Shown piece by piece: positions 10,334-19,418 of a DNA stretch of 23,550 bases. The stretch is from an uncultured Nitrososphaeraceae archaeon (lineage in GTDB: Archaea; Thermoproteota; Nitrososphaeria; Nitrososphaerales; Nitrososphaeraceae): assembly GCA_963837175.1 (NCBI GenBank), contig CAWIMJ010000045.1, positions 1 to 23,550 on the forward strand, given 5' to 3'. The position numbers and the translations under genes were made by a program. The notes under the pieces are model-generated. The model was given only the letters and a program-made list of their open reading frames with translations. It made no database searches and had not been told where the DNA came from. Position 1 is the stretch's first letter, and the number at the start of each line of letters is the position of its first letter.

Positions 10334-10487
10334 ACAATGTATTTCACACAACAATAGATTAAATTCTAACAAGCAGGATTGTTACAATTATTCAGCTAGA
10401 CTAATGATGTATCTATCTATACATATATATCAAAAAAAATAAATGGTAGGTACACAGGTTTAGGATTCGCAGTTACAATATCTCCTC

Positions 10488-10845
10488 TCAAGCAGCAGGC
10501 ATGATATTGTAACGAGTTTCCTTTCCTGAACCAATCCTTTGAACTTTGAGCAAGCTATGTCCTTCACTTAGGTAGGCATCGATTTGTTCTGATGTTCTCT
10601 TACTTACAGTCCAGTACTTTTCATACTCCGGATTATTGGGGTCTTGTATTATGTATTGGAATCTCGACTTTTCTTCCATCAAATTCTTTCTCTACTGGCT
10701 GTATTTTCTCTGCATCAAATATCCAATTTGACTTCTCGCCAGGTTGTGGATTGAAGAATTTGCTATCTTTGTTTCTTAGTTCTGCATTGCGTTGAAGATT
10801 TTGTCTCGCTTTTTCACTTAATTCTTGTTCTTTCTGACTTGACAT
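10488..10845 (-). pseudogene. Putative ssDNA-binding (OB-fold-like) protein, one frameshift near 10665
   Basis: 10633..10845 (FFNPQPGEK...EFDG) joins 10488..10682 (RFQYII...KYWTVSK...LKVQRIGSGKETRYNI). The beta-rich pattern resembles phage/plasmid SSBs and the gene lies just downstream of the helicase-like gene. Function is inferred. Confidence 0.5.
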
Positions 10846-10951
10846 ATTCTATTCACTATTTCCTTTGTTCGTTTGGTTTTAGGCAAATTAGCATGACCCA
10901 ACCACGCCATACGAGGAGGCTTTGCCATAATGTGGTCATATTTCTGTGGAA

Positions 10952-13021
10952 TCACTTTGATTGTCCTTTGCATAGATGTTGTTTCATGAACCAAATATCC
11001 CCTTTTAGCTTACAGTTTTGACATGCAAAAATGTCGGAATGTCCTAAACGATGGATAGGAAGAGGAGAAGAAGTATGGATAATATCCCCGGAATCACCGA
11101 TATCACCGGATTGCTCACTTTGTGCTTGATTTTCAATATTTTCTTCCGGGGATATGTCCGGTGATATTGAACCGGTATCCCCGGTGATATCGCCGGGATT
11201 TTCAAGCCGAAGTTGTGCTTGATTTGGGTCTTCCGGTGATACCGGGCATTCCGGCGATATCTTCCGTATCTCTATTAGTGTTGTATTAGTTGAGCTATCT
11301 TTTGGTCTTTCTATTATGATTCCTATCTCTCTAAGATTTGTTGTGATTTCATTTAATCTACGGCTTAAAATGTTAGGAGCTTTAGGCCACAGATTGCTTC
11401 TTGTATCTATTTTTAGTTTTTCTGCAGCCTGCTCTAAATCATATAGTAGTTCGCTAGATGTACCTCTCCATATTCTACCGTCTTCTCCTTTCTTTAATTC
11501 TACAAATTTTATTATAGCAGTTGCGATTAGGCTGGATTCTAATGCTTTATCATTTTGTGCAGCAATATTTTTGTAGTATGCATTAAGAAACGCATTTTCT
11601 GGATATCCTAAGCATCTAGATATCACCTCACAAATCTCAGCCCAGTCAGCCATACGTGGATATTTTTTTAGCTGTACTTCTTTGAGTCTGTTTAATACTT
11701 TAACTAATGAATCAAAGATAAATCCCAAGACTTGTGGCTTTATTCTGTCATACTGTTTCCATAAGTGCTTCAGCTTACGTTTCTTCTCTTCAGGTATCCG
11801 TTTTAGATGTAAGATTAGTCCTCTCTCTAAAAGGTCTGGTCTTGTTGCTGCTACGTTTATTCCATTAAAACCCACGCATCTTCTAAATCTATAGATAAAG
11901 TCATCATCGTCTGAGTATAGGATTCTCTTTGAAAAGCCGTTACCAGTCACAGCTCTACATAACACATCAGAGATCCATGGTGGAATTTCTGAGACATTAT
12001 CATAATAAGCTATAAAGTTATGTGATAATTGTTGTACTAACTCTGCAACTTCTTTTGGAAACGACAGAGTAAGAGCTCCACATGGGTCCACTAGTGTCTT
12101 TATGAACTCCTGGAATGTCGATTTTGCCGCTCCCTGTTCACCATGAGGAATAAGAGCAGTTTTTGGAATATCTGGCGGTATAAATAAGGCTATGGTGTAG
12201 ACTTCAGCTAGAATTCTGTTTTCCTTATCATCCTTTGGTAAATTAGTAAGGTCCATAAATTGGGAGAATATGTCTTGAGGATATTTCTTTGTAGGATAGA
12301 CTTGGGGTAATTGGCTTCTATATCTCTTAAAGAGAATAGTTGATGAAGAAGATGAAGATGATGATGAAAGAAATCCATGCTTCTCAATCTTCCAGCCATT
12401 CTTTGTTATCTTTACAATCTCCCAGTTTTTATTGGTTAGATCATAGTAAATGACATTATCATCATCGTTTGCATCAGGATCTGAATCAATGTTACCAGCG
12501 ACTCTTACCTCAAGCTTTCTCTCATTATATAGTTCCTCTGCTTCCATTTTCAAAATAGTTTGAATTCGTGCAGCATCATCATTATTTAGCAGAGGAGATG
12601 GTGATGACAATGTTGTGTCACCTATAGTATCATATTCTTCTTGGTCATCAAAATTTTCTGCATCTAATAACTTCTCCTGCTGCTGTTCCTTTCTATAACC
12701 ATAATAGGCTTTAACAATCCAATCCTTAAAGCGGTTACTTCTGATTGGTATCGTTTCTATATGATCTCTTACTTTAATTGCTGCATATGGCTCACCAATC
12801 TGATCAACAAAAAGTTCTAGACATTTACTTTTAATTACTCCAAGTGCATCTTGAGCTTTGGTAATATTCTGTTTTTTATTTTCCACTCTTCCATTCTTCT
12901 TGTCTTTCTTTTCTTTCCTATTATTGTCATTTGTATTTGGTCTAGCAGGAGAAGTATTATTACCAGCGCTGCTACCAAAAACTTTGCCAACTAAACCATC
13001 GATGGAGGAAGAAGACGTCAA
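10952..13021 (-). CDS. Replication-associated P-loop ATPase/helicase (SF3/AAA+-like) with a C-terminal Zn-binding motif
   Basis: Walker A GEQGAAKST, Walker B-like IAYYDNVS, motif-C-like GFNGIN, and RPDLLERG. A wHTH-like segment (WRGTSSELL...WPKAPNILSRRLNE) and a terminal CQNC...HLC follow. No primase domain was recognised. Confidence 0.75.
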   Translation of the reverse strand: MTSSSSIDGLVGKVFGSSAGNNTSPARPNTNDNNRKEKKDKKNGRVENKKQNITKAQDALGVIKSKCLELFVDQIGEPYAAIKVRDHIETIPIRSNRFKDWIVKAYYGYRKEQQQEKLLDAENFDDQEEYDTIGDTTLSSPSPLLNNDDAARIQTILKMEAEELYNERKLEVRVAGNIDSDPDANDDDNVIYYDLTNKNWEIVKITKNGWKIEKHGFLSSSSSSSSSTILFKRYRSQLPQVYPTKKYPQDIFSQFMDLTNLPKDDKENRILAEVYTIALFIPPDIPKTALIPHGEQGAAKSTFQEFIKTLVDPCGALTLSFPKEVAELVQQLSHNFIAYYDNVSEIPPWISDVLCRAVTGNGFSKRILYSDDDDFIYRFRRCVGFNGINVAATRPDLLERGLILHLKRIPEEKKRKLKHLWKQYDRIKPQVLGFIFDSLVKVLNRLKEVQLKKYPRMADWAEICEVISRCLGYPENAFLNAYYKNIAAQNDKALESSLIATAIIKFVELKKGEDGRIWRGTSSELLYDLEQAAEKLKIDTRSNLWPKAPNILSRRLNEITTNLREIGIIIERPKDSSTNTTLIEIRKISPECPVSPEDPNQAQLRLENPGDITGDTGSISPDISPEENIENQAQSEQSGDIGDSGDIIHTSSPLPIHRLGHSDIFACQNCKLKGDIWFMKQHLCKGQSK
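11081..11261. repeat. Iteron/palindrome element, copy C, in frame within the helicase-like gene
   Basis: Triad at 11083-11109, inverted units at 11146 and 11158, CCGGTGATATCGCCGG at 11181-11196 and an inverted triad at 11233-11259. Box TTGTGCTTGATTT at 11120 and 11213. It encodes the ISP..SP../GD..GD.. low-complexity tail. Confidence 0.9.
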
Positions 13022-13428
13022 GGTTCAAACCTCACTCTTAGATTTCTGACTATATTGAGATGATAATAATCAAAATCTAAATTTTCAAAGATACGTCCTA
13101 CAGCCTGTATTATCACATATTGTAGGGTTTCATGACAGGAAATGATACTTTCAATTTGCTTTCTTACTTTTGGTGTTAAATCTCGGATATTTATAACAAA
13201 TTCTGGTGATGGCCTTGCAATTGGAATCCACTTCATAAGTTCCCTGGCTTGTCTATAATATTTCTTAACTGGTATTGATCTGCCGTTCTCTTCAATAGTA
13301 ATACTTTCTGTAGTACGAGCCAGATTAAGGAATACTTCATCAACTATGCGTTCGATAGTCCATATTTCTTCTTGTTTGTCTTTTTCTTGTAATGCTGCCT
13401 GAGGTGTATTCTCTGATATAGTATTCAA
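13018..13428 (-). CDS. Hypothetical protein in the element operon
   Basis: 136-aa ORF with 4-bp start/stop overlaps with both neighbours (13425-13428 and 13018-13021). Confidence 0.75.
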   Translation of the reverse strand: MNTISENTPQAALQEKDKQEEIWTIERIVDEVFLNLARTTESITIEENGRSIPVKKYYRQARELMKWIPIARPSPEFVINIRDLTPKVRKQIESIISCHETLQYVIIQAVGRIFENLDFDYYHLNIVRNLRVRFEP

Positions 13429-13640
13429 TTCACATCAGTTCCTTCGCTCTTATTGGAAATTCTCAGTAGAATTCCTTCTTCTGTAGCTTCTTCTTCAAGC
13501 CAAGTTTCATCATCAATACACAAGCGCTTGACTAAAGATTCATGAATTACTACAAAGTTGATATCGGCAATGCTATGAACCTTTTTCTTAGGATTAGTAG
13601 TAGAGTAACCTTTATTTTCCTTAAAAGTGTAATTTGTCAT
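13425..13640 (-). CDS. Small AbrB/SpoVT-like DNA-binding protein
   Basis: The pattern FVVIHESLVKRLCIDDETWLEEEATEEGILLR resembles the swapped-hairpin AbrB fold. ATGA overlap with the upstream gene. Confidence 0.6.
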   Translation of the reverse strand: MTNYTFKENKGYSTTNPKKKVHSIADINFVVIHESLVKRLCIDDETWLEEEATEEGILLRISNKSEGTDVN

Positions 13641-13885
13641 GTGGATGATTCACCCTCTCTTCTAGGGATGGTGGTTGTTGCAATCGTTGTAGTCTGTCCG
13701 TGGCTACCAACCTTAGCAGACTGCAACGATTCAATTTTGTTTTCGAAAATTTTGACATTCCTTCTGCAGGATGGACAGGTCGCGTAGTAAACGAAGCGGC
13801 CGAGGTACATCCAAGCGTATCCGCAGTTTGAATTTGGACAGCGAATCCAGCTGCCTTTTTGAGACTCTTTGTTCTTATTGACCAT
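13637..13885 (-). CDS. Small zinc-ribbon protein, first gene of the element operon
   Basis: CPNSNC-x13-CPSC motif, with TATA-like sequence in the 13886-13954 divergent intergenic region. Confidence 0.75.
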   Translation of the reverse strand: MVNKNKESQKGSWIRCPNSNCGYAWMYLGRFVYYATCPSCRRNVKIFENKIESLQSAKVGSHGQTTTIATTTIPRREGESST

Positions 13886-13954
13886 TCCTCTTATGCTTAT
13901 GTATATTTCGATATATAAGGGCCATATAGCTTACTATATAGTGCACTAATCTCT

Positions 13955-14582
13955 ATGCAAAGATATAATGAACAATTAGGAAATCTACAACAAGAAATAC
14001 TAAAGCACATATTTGAATGTGATAAGATAGAGACAGTCAGCCATTTAGCCAGGTCTCTAAAACGTAAACAACCTACAATTTTCAAGAGTGTTCAATTACT
14101 ACATAAATTCAATTATTTAGAGTCAAAATTAAATACACGTTATTATACTCCTGGCGGAAAAGAGAGGGAGATAGCAGCAACTGAAAAAGGTGTGGAGAGC
14201 GATTACTTTAGGTATTCCTCTTGACCGAATTGAAATTTACCACCAAAATTATAAACCCTTCACATTTTTAAATGTAGAAAATTTAGGCTATATCTGGAAA
14301 ATATTAAATCCATATAATAAACGACAACTTATTGTTAAGAAGGCAATGCACTATGCATTAGATAACAACTATTTTGATAAAGGAAAATTTAGATGTTTAA
14401 ACCAAGATGAATCAGAGAAACTTAAACTATTCATTGCATTAGAATGCGTTAAGTCGTCAATAAACGAAGTCTCTACCTTAAAGTCATTTATAGATAAATA
14501 TGGTCTAGACAAAATCTTCTTAAAGAAACATTTAACCAAACAAAAGCAATATCTTGATTCACTAATTAAGACACTGGATTGA
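13955..14582 (+). pseudogene. Winged-helix (MarR-like) regulator of the element, one frameshift near 14190
   Basis: LQQEILKHI...TVSHLARSLKRKQPTIFKSVQLL...ATEKG wHTH in 13955..14224 continues in 14190..14582. It is divergent from the replication operon. Confidence 0.7.
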
Positions 14583-14594
14583 CTTTTCATTTTG

Positions 14595-16013
14595 CTAATT
14601 TTCCTTGAGTATTTCTAATAGTTTGGCCGGGTTCTTTAGTAAATTCATGATCTCCTTCTGCGCTTCTTGCATAAACAAGATTTGTTCTTTTAGACCTTGA
14701 ACTTCTGTATCTTTCTGATTCTCTAAAGTTTCATTATAAGCATCATATGTTAATACCATCCTGCATTTAGCACAGAACTTGCTATCTGGTTTATTTGGTT
14801 CATTGCAATTAGGACATTGTTTTGGTTTTAATGCATCTGTTAGATTCTGATCTTTTGTAACTATTCCATATGCTTCTAATAGACTTTCACTTGCTTCATT
14901 TCCAAAATAATGTAAGTATTTCAAATGCATATGTGATTCTGGTGACCAGCCTGAAAATAACCGTAAAGTATGCTCTTTTAGAATTTTGGATTTCTCTGTT
15001 ATACTAGAATGTCTCCTAATATAGGGATTCCATGGTTTCTTTAATAGTTCTTTTATCTCTTGTTTATCTTCTTCTGGAATATCTCCTCTTCTTTCTTCTG
15101 CTGTTGCTACTAATTTTGGAAATAATCCTTTCTTATAATTATCATAAATCTTAGTGAGTGTTTTAGGTTTTAGACGTCTTCCTATACTCTTAGCATAACC
15201 ACAAATTAATGGAGCATTAAGATTTCCTTGTTGTGGATGTTCATCTATCCAATCTTTAACAAAAGGAATAGAATCTATTAGCGGGATAGTTCTACTGCCT
15301 GTCTTCCCATTTACAAGGACCTCTGCATATTGTTGTCCTGCGCTTGTAGTTTTAAAAGTAATATCTTTAAGTCTTAGTTTTAGAATTTCATGTGGTCTAC
15401 ATCCTGTATCTCTTGAAATCATATGATAACATTTATCACGTTTACTAGGACAGTATTTTAGAAATAAAAGGTCATCTTCCATAGTCCATAAATCACTTGG
15501 TTTGTAAATCGAAGTTTCTTTTCTTCTTAATTGAAGGATATTTTCTACTACTTGAGGCTTTACTCTTTTATGCGGTTCAATATCAGGATAATATAACCAT
15601 TTGAAGAATTTAATCAGTAAAACAGTATATTGATTATAAGTTCCAATCCATTTGTGCAAAGGGTCAGAGTTTTCAGGTTTGCGGTAACTATCAAGAAATA
15701 ACAAAATATCTTCTCTCAACATTTCTTTGAATGATTTCTTGTTATGATAAAACTTTGATAATTGGGTTAATACGTTGATATAATTTCTCTTATGATTATC
15801 TGAAAGATTAACCTCTGTTATGGTATTTAATATAAACTCTACAATAGCGATAGCGTTCTCTTTTGATACATTTCCTAAAAGGTTAGTAAATCGTGGTTCT
15901 AAACCTTCTGTTATTAGATTGATTTTTCTTTCTTCGGAATACGAATCCCCATAACGAGAATATCGTCTATTATCATATTTTGCATTTGCAGTTGTAATAT
16001 TATTATCAATCAA
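14595..16013 (-). CDS. Tyrosine recombinase/integrase with C-terminal zinc ribbon (SNJ2-like architecture)
   Basis: TGCRPHEIL (catalytic R), GKTG (K), PYIRRHSS (YxxRH), GWSPESHMHLKYLH (W and Y), then CPNC...CAKC and a short coiled coil. Confidence 0.9.
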   Translation of the reverse strand: MIDNNITTANAKYDNRRYSRYGDSYSEERKINLITEGLEPRFTNLLGNVSKENAIAIVEFILNTITEVNLSDNHKRNYINVLTQLSKFYHNKKSFKEMLREDILLFLDSYRKPENSDPLHKWIGTYNQYTVLLIKFFKWLYYPDIEPHKRVKPQVVENILQLRRKETSIYKPSDLWTMEDDLLFLKYCPSKRDKCYHMISRDTGCRPHEILKLRLKDITFKTTSAGQQYAEVLVNGKTGSRTIPLIDSIPFVKDWIDEHPQQGNLNAPLICGYAKSIGRRLKPKTLTKIYDNYKKGLFPKLVATAEERRGDIPEEDKQEIKELLKKPWNPYIRRHSSITEKSKILKEHTLRLFSGWSPESHMHLKYLHYFGNEASESLLEAYGIVTKDQNLTDALKPKQCPNCNEPNKPDSKFCAKCRMVLTYDAYNETLENQKDTEVQGLKEQILFMQEAQKEIMNLLKNPAKLLEILKEN

Positions 16014-16181
16014 CCTGTTCTCTTTGTTATTAAAAGAGACTAATAAGGTAGTATTCCAAACTATATTACAATAATGTAATAACGCATATACTATAATTTG
16101 TCAGAAGAGGCCTCTATTATTCTATATGTGTAAAGTAATAGTAGTATCACTAGCAGTAGTATAAGGTTATTACTTTTGTAA

Positions 16182-18476
16182 CTATCCTTTTGTTGTTGTT
16201 GCTGTTGTTGTAGTTCTTGTACTAGTAGTAGTAGATGGCATGTACACTTCCTTTTGATCTTTGTCTGAATAGATTTCCTCCTCCTGTCCTTTCTTTGTTG
16301 ATTTTCTCACTCCAAACTTTGGCTTATACCTTCCAAGTAATAGTGAGTTTCCAACTACAGTTACAGAGCTCATTGCCATTGCAAGACCTGCTAGCATTGG
16401 AAGCCATCCAAATATTCCTACACCAAGAAAAGGTACTAATGCGCCTGCAGCGATTGGAATCAAACCTGTATTATAAACAAATGCCCAAAATAGGTTTTGT
16501 TTTATCTTTGACACTGTCTTTCTTCCAAGATCAAGTGCTGTGACAACATCCCTCAGATCATCTTTTATCAGTATAATTCCTCCGGTCTCTTTGGCAACAT
16601 CGGTACCAGAACCTATTGCTATTCCTAGATCAGCTCTTGCTAATGCAGGTGCGTCATTAATACCGTCACCTACCATTGCAACTACTTTTCCTTCTTCAGC
16701 TTTTAGTTTAGAGATTACTTGTTCTTTTTGTTGTGGCAATACTTGAGCAATAATCCTACTAATACCGAGTATGGATGCAACTGCTCTGGCAGTTCTTTCA
16801 TTATCTCCTGTTAACATAATTACTTCTATTCCCATTGATTTTGTAAGTATATCAATGGCCTCTTTTGCATTTTCTTTTATAGTATCTGCTAGAGCGATTA
16901 TTCCTGCAAGTTTCTTATCAATCGCAACAAGAGTAGCTGTTTTTCCTTGAATTTCAAGTTGTTTAAGAGTTGTATCTAGGCTTTCAGTAACTGGTATATG
17001 ATTATTATCCATTATTAGTTTTCTATTTCCAATAATAATTGTATGATCTGCATATACTGCTCTAAGACCATAACCCGATACAGCTTCAAATGAATCTGGA
17101 TTTGATACCAGAATTCCCTTTTCTTTAGCATAATTAACAACTGCTTGACCTAGAGGATGTTCTGATCCTGATTCTGCAATTGCAGCAAGCCTAAGCAATT
17201 CATTTTCACCTATTCCAGACAAATCCACTATATCAGTTACAGACGGCTTACCTTTTGTCAAGGTCCCAGTTTTATCAAATACTATTGTATTTACTTTCCT
17301 TGCAATTTCCAAATACTCTCCTCCTTTAAATAGAATACCATTTTCAGCTCCTTTTCCAGCACCCATCATTAACGCTGCAGGTGTAGCTATTCCAAGAGCA
17401 CAGGGACATGCTATGATTATTACAGATACAAATGCCAAAAGTGAAAATGTCAGTCCTATATCACCAATAAAATACCATCCAAGTCCTACTCCTACCGCTA
17501 TTGCTAAAACTGCTGGGACAAAGTATTTAGCAACTTGGTCTACTAACCGTTGCATTTGTGCCTTTCCTGTTCGTGCTTCTTCAACTAGCGTGATAATCTG
17601 CGAAAGTACAGTATCCTGTCCTACTTTTGTTGCTTTGACTTTCAGCAGCCCACTTTTGTTGATAGTAGCACCTATAACTTCGTCGCCTTTAGATTTATCT
17701 ACTGGAATACTTTCACCTGTTATGGCTGATTCATCTATAGAAGAAGAACCGTCTATCACAATTCCATCAGTCGGTATTCTTTCTCCAGGTCTTATAACTA
17801 AGACATCACCTTCTCGAATCTGTTCAACAGGTATTTCTATCTCCTGCTGCTTCTCATCCTCCTGCTCTTCATTTTTTCCTTTTTCTCTCCTTATTACCCT
17901 AGCCATTCTGGGCTGAAGATCAAGTAATTTTCTTACCGCACTGGATGCTTTCTCTTTAGTTCTTGTTTCAAGTAATCTTCCAACTAATATTAAGGTGATA
18001 ATAATTGCTGCAGTTTCAAAATACACTGATTCAAATGGAAAATATCCAGGAGCCATAGTAACTATTGCACTATATAAATAGGCAGCAGTTGTTCCTATTG
18101 CGATAAGTGTATCCATATTTGATGCCCTAGCCTTAATACCGTCCCATAAACCTCTATAGAATCTCCAACCTATCCAAAACTGTAAAGGAGTAGCTAATGC
18201 TAGCATTATATAATTACTATAATGCATAAAAGCCATAGGAAAGAGAGCGCCAAACTGTGCAGGAAACATATGGGGTAAGGTAAGAATTACCAAAGGTATT
18301 GTTAGTGCAATGCTTATAGCAACATAGATCTTTAGTTTTCTTAGTTCTTTTTCAGGCTGAGTAAACTCCTCTAGGCATTGCTTACTGCAAAAGTAATATT
18401 CTCTTCCATCTTTATTATACCTTATAGAACTGGGCTTTTCTTCTACAAACATTCCACAAACAGGATCTTTAGCCAT
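16182..18476 (-). CDS. copA: Cu(I)-translocating P1B-type ATPase with N-terminal YHS/TRASH domain
   Basis: DPVCGM...YYFCSKQC, TGES, CPCALG, DKTGT, SEHPL, GDGINDAP, TM7 YN and TM8 MAMSS. Confidence 0.95.
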   Translation of the reverse strand: MAKDPVCGMFVEEKPSSIRYNKDGREYYFCSKQCLEEFTQPEKELRKLKIYVAISIALTIPLVILTLPHMFPAQFGALFPMAFMHYSNYIMLALATPLQFWIGWRFYRGLWDGIKARASNMDTLIAIGTTAAYLYSAIVTMAPGYFPFESVYFETAAIIITLILVGRLLETRTKEKASSAVRKLLDLQPRMARVIRREKGKNEEQEDEKQQEIEIPVEQIREGDVLVIRPGERIPTDGIVIDGSSSIDESAITGESIPVDKSKGDEVIGATINKSGLLKVKATKVGQDTVLSQIITLVEEARTGKAQMQRLVDQVAKYFVPAVLAIAVGVGLGWYFIGDIGLTFSLLAFVSVIIIACPCALGIATPAALMMGAGKGAENGILFKGGEYLEIARKVNTIVFDKTGTLTKGKPSVTDIVDLSGIGENELLRLAAIAESGSEHPLGQAVVNYAKEKGILVSNPDSFEAVSGYGLRAVYADHTIIIGNRKLIMDNNHIPVTESLDTTLKQLEIQGKTATLVAIDKKLAGIIALADTIKENAKEAIDILTKSMGIEVIMLTGDNERTARAVASILGISRIIAQVLPQQKEQVISKLKAEEGKVVAMVGDGINDAPALARADLGIAIGSGTDVAKETGGIILIKDDLRDVVTALDLGRKTVSKIKQNLFWAFVYNTGLIPIAAGALVPFLGVGIFGWLPMLAGLAMAMSSVTVVGNSLLLGRYKPKFGVRKSTKKGQEEEIYSDKDQKEVYMPSTTTSTRTTTTATTTKG

Positions 18477-18522
18477 ATATTCTACATGAGACTATAGAAA
18501 AACAGATGTATAAGTCTAGACC

Positions 18523-18536
18523 TTTACAATTGTAAA
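18523..18536. promoter_or_regulatory. Perfect 14-bp palindrome, candidate copper operator
   Basis: TTTACAATTGTAAA sits mid-way in the 106-bp divergent copA/regulator intergenic region. Confidence 0.6.
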
Positions 18537-18582
18537 AATATAATAGACCATCTGACTAAAGAAATGTGTGCATATATAGTAG

Positions 18583-19143
18583 ATGCCTTTTCAATTAGAC
18601 AATTATGACATATCTATCCTAAGAGCACTATTAAAGGATGGTCGTAAATCATTTCGTGAGATCTCTAGAGAAACTGGCATAACAACACCAACTGTTAAGG
18701 CAAGATTCAACAGGCTTGTCAATGTGGGATTTATAAAAGCAGTATCTCCAATCCTTAATTTTGACATAGTGGAAGAAGGAAGTATTGGCAAATCAGAATT
18801 AGAAATTAAGAACAACAAGAAAAACAATAATCAAGGTGCTGAGGCAATGAAAAAAGATGAAGATGAAGAATGGATAAAGGAAAACCGAAATGGTCAACCC
18901 AAATATCGAAATCAAAATCAGCAAAAACAACAACTGCAAGATGCCAAATTCAAAATCAAAAAAGGAATGAAAATCAAGTTAGATTGCGAATTTTGTAAAG
19001 GACCCATTTTAGGTACTCCTCACTTATTCAGGTTTGCAAATTATGAGCGATTTTTCTGTTGTACTGAATGCAGGGCCGCATACAAGAAAAAATATGCAGG
19101 AAGAATAGAGTCGATAAAAAGAAGGTTTGAAGGAACAGAATAA
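18583..19143 (+). CDS. AsnC/Lrp-type HTH + TRASH domain copper regulator (CopT/CopR-like)
   Basis: LDNYDISILRALLKDGRKSFREISRETG N-terminal HTH and C-terminal CEFC...FFCCTEC. Divergent from copA. Confidence 0.88.
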   Translation: MPFQLDNYDISILRALLKDGRKSFREISRETGITTPTVKARFNRLVNVGFIKAVSPILNFDIVEEGSIGKSELEIKNNKKNNNQGAEAMKKDEDEEWIKENRNGQPKYRNQNQQKQQLQDAKFKIKKGMKIKLDCEFCKGPILGTPHLFRFANYERFFCCTECRAAYKKKYAGRIESIKRRFEGTE

Positions 19144-19222
19144 TAACAGGCTTCTAATAAATCCATGTTCGATATGATGGCTCTGCTGCTACTGATATGC
19201 AACTATGAAATACTGGTGTTGT

Positions 19223-19369
19223 TCAGTATCCATATTTGCTCGGGTTCTGGTCAAACTGACTTTTACAGTGTGCAGAACATAGATAGATTTTCTGTCCATT
19301 TACTCCTGAAACATGTTGTGCTTTCTTTTCATCAACCATCATATTGCATACAGGGTCTTTTTGTGCCAA
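19223..19369 (-). CDS. 48-aa YHS/TRASH metallochaperone (CopM-like)
   Basis: Manual translation from TTG 19369 gives MAQKDPVCNMMVDEKKAQHVSGVNGQKIYLCSAHCKSQFDQNPSKYGY, similar to the CopA N-terminal domain. It is below the ORF-track length cutoff. Confidence 0.88.
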   Translation of the reverse strand: MAQKDPVCNMMVDEKKAQHVSGVNGQKIYLCSAHCKSQFDQNPSKYGY

Positions 19370-19418
19370 TCTATCTATAGTAAATTAAACAGAAATATAA
19401 CACCATATGTTTACAAAT

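Larger units (their letters stand above)
8921..16100. mobile_element. Integrative element (plasmid- or satellite-like); boundaries approximate
   Basis: Tyrosine integrase, divergent wHTH regulator, coupled operon ending in a helicase-like ATPase, SSB-like gene and origin-like repeats. No capsid or conjugation genes were recognised and no att direct repeats were found by eye. Confidence 0.75.

Noticed and set aside
16079-16110. dif-like or att site at the integrase end
   Set aside because: Only a loose resemblance, and no second copy was found in the window.
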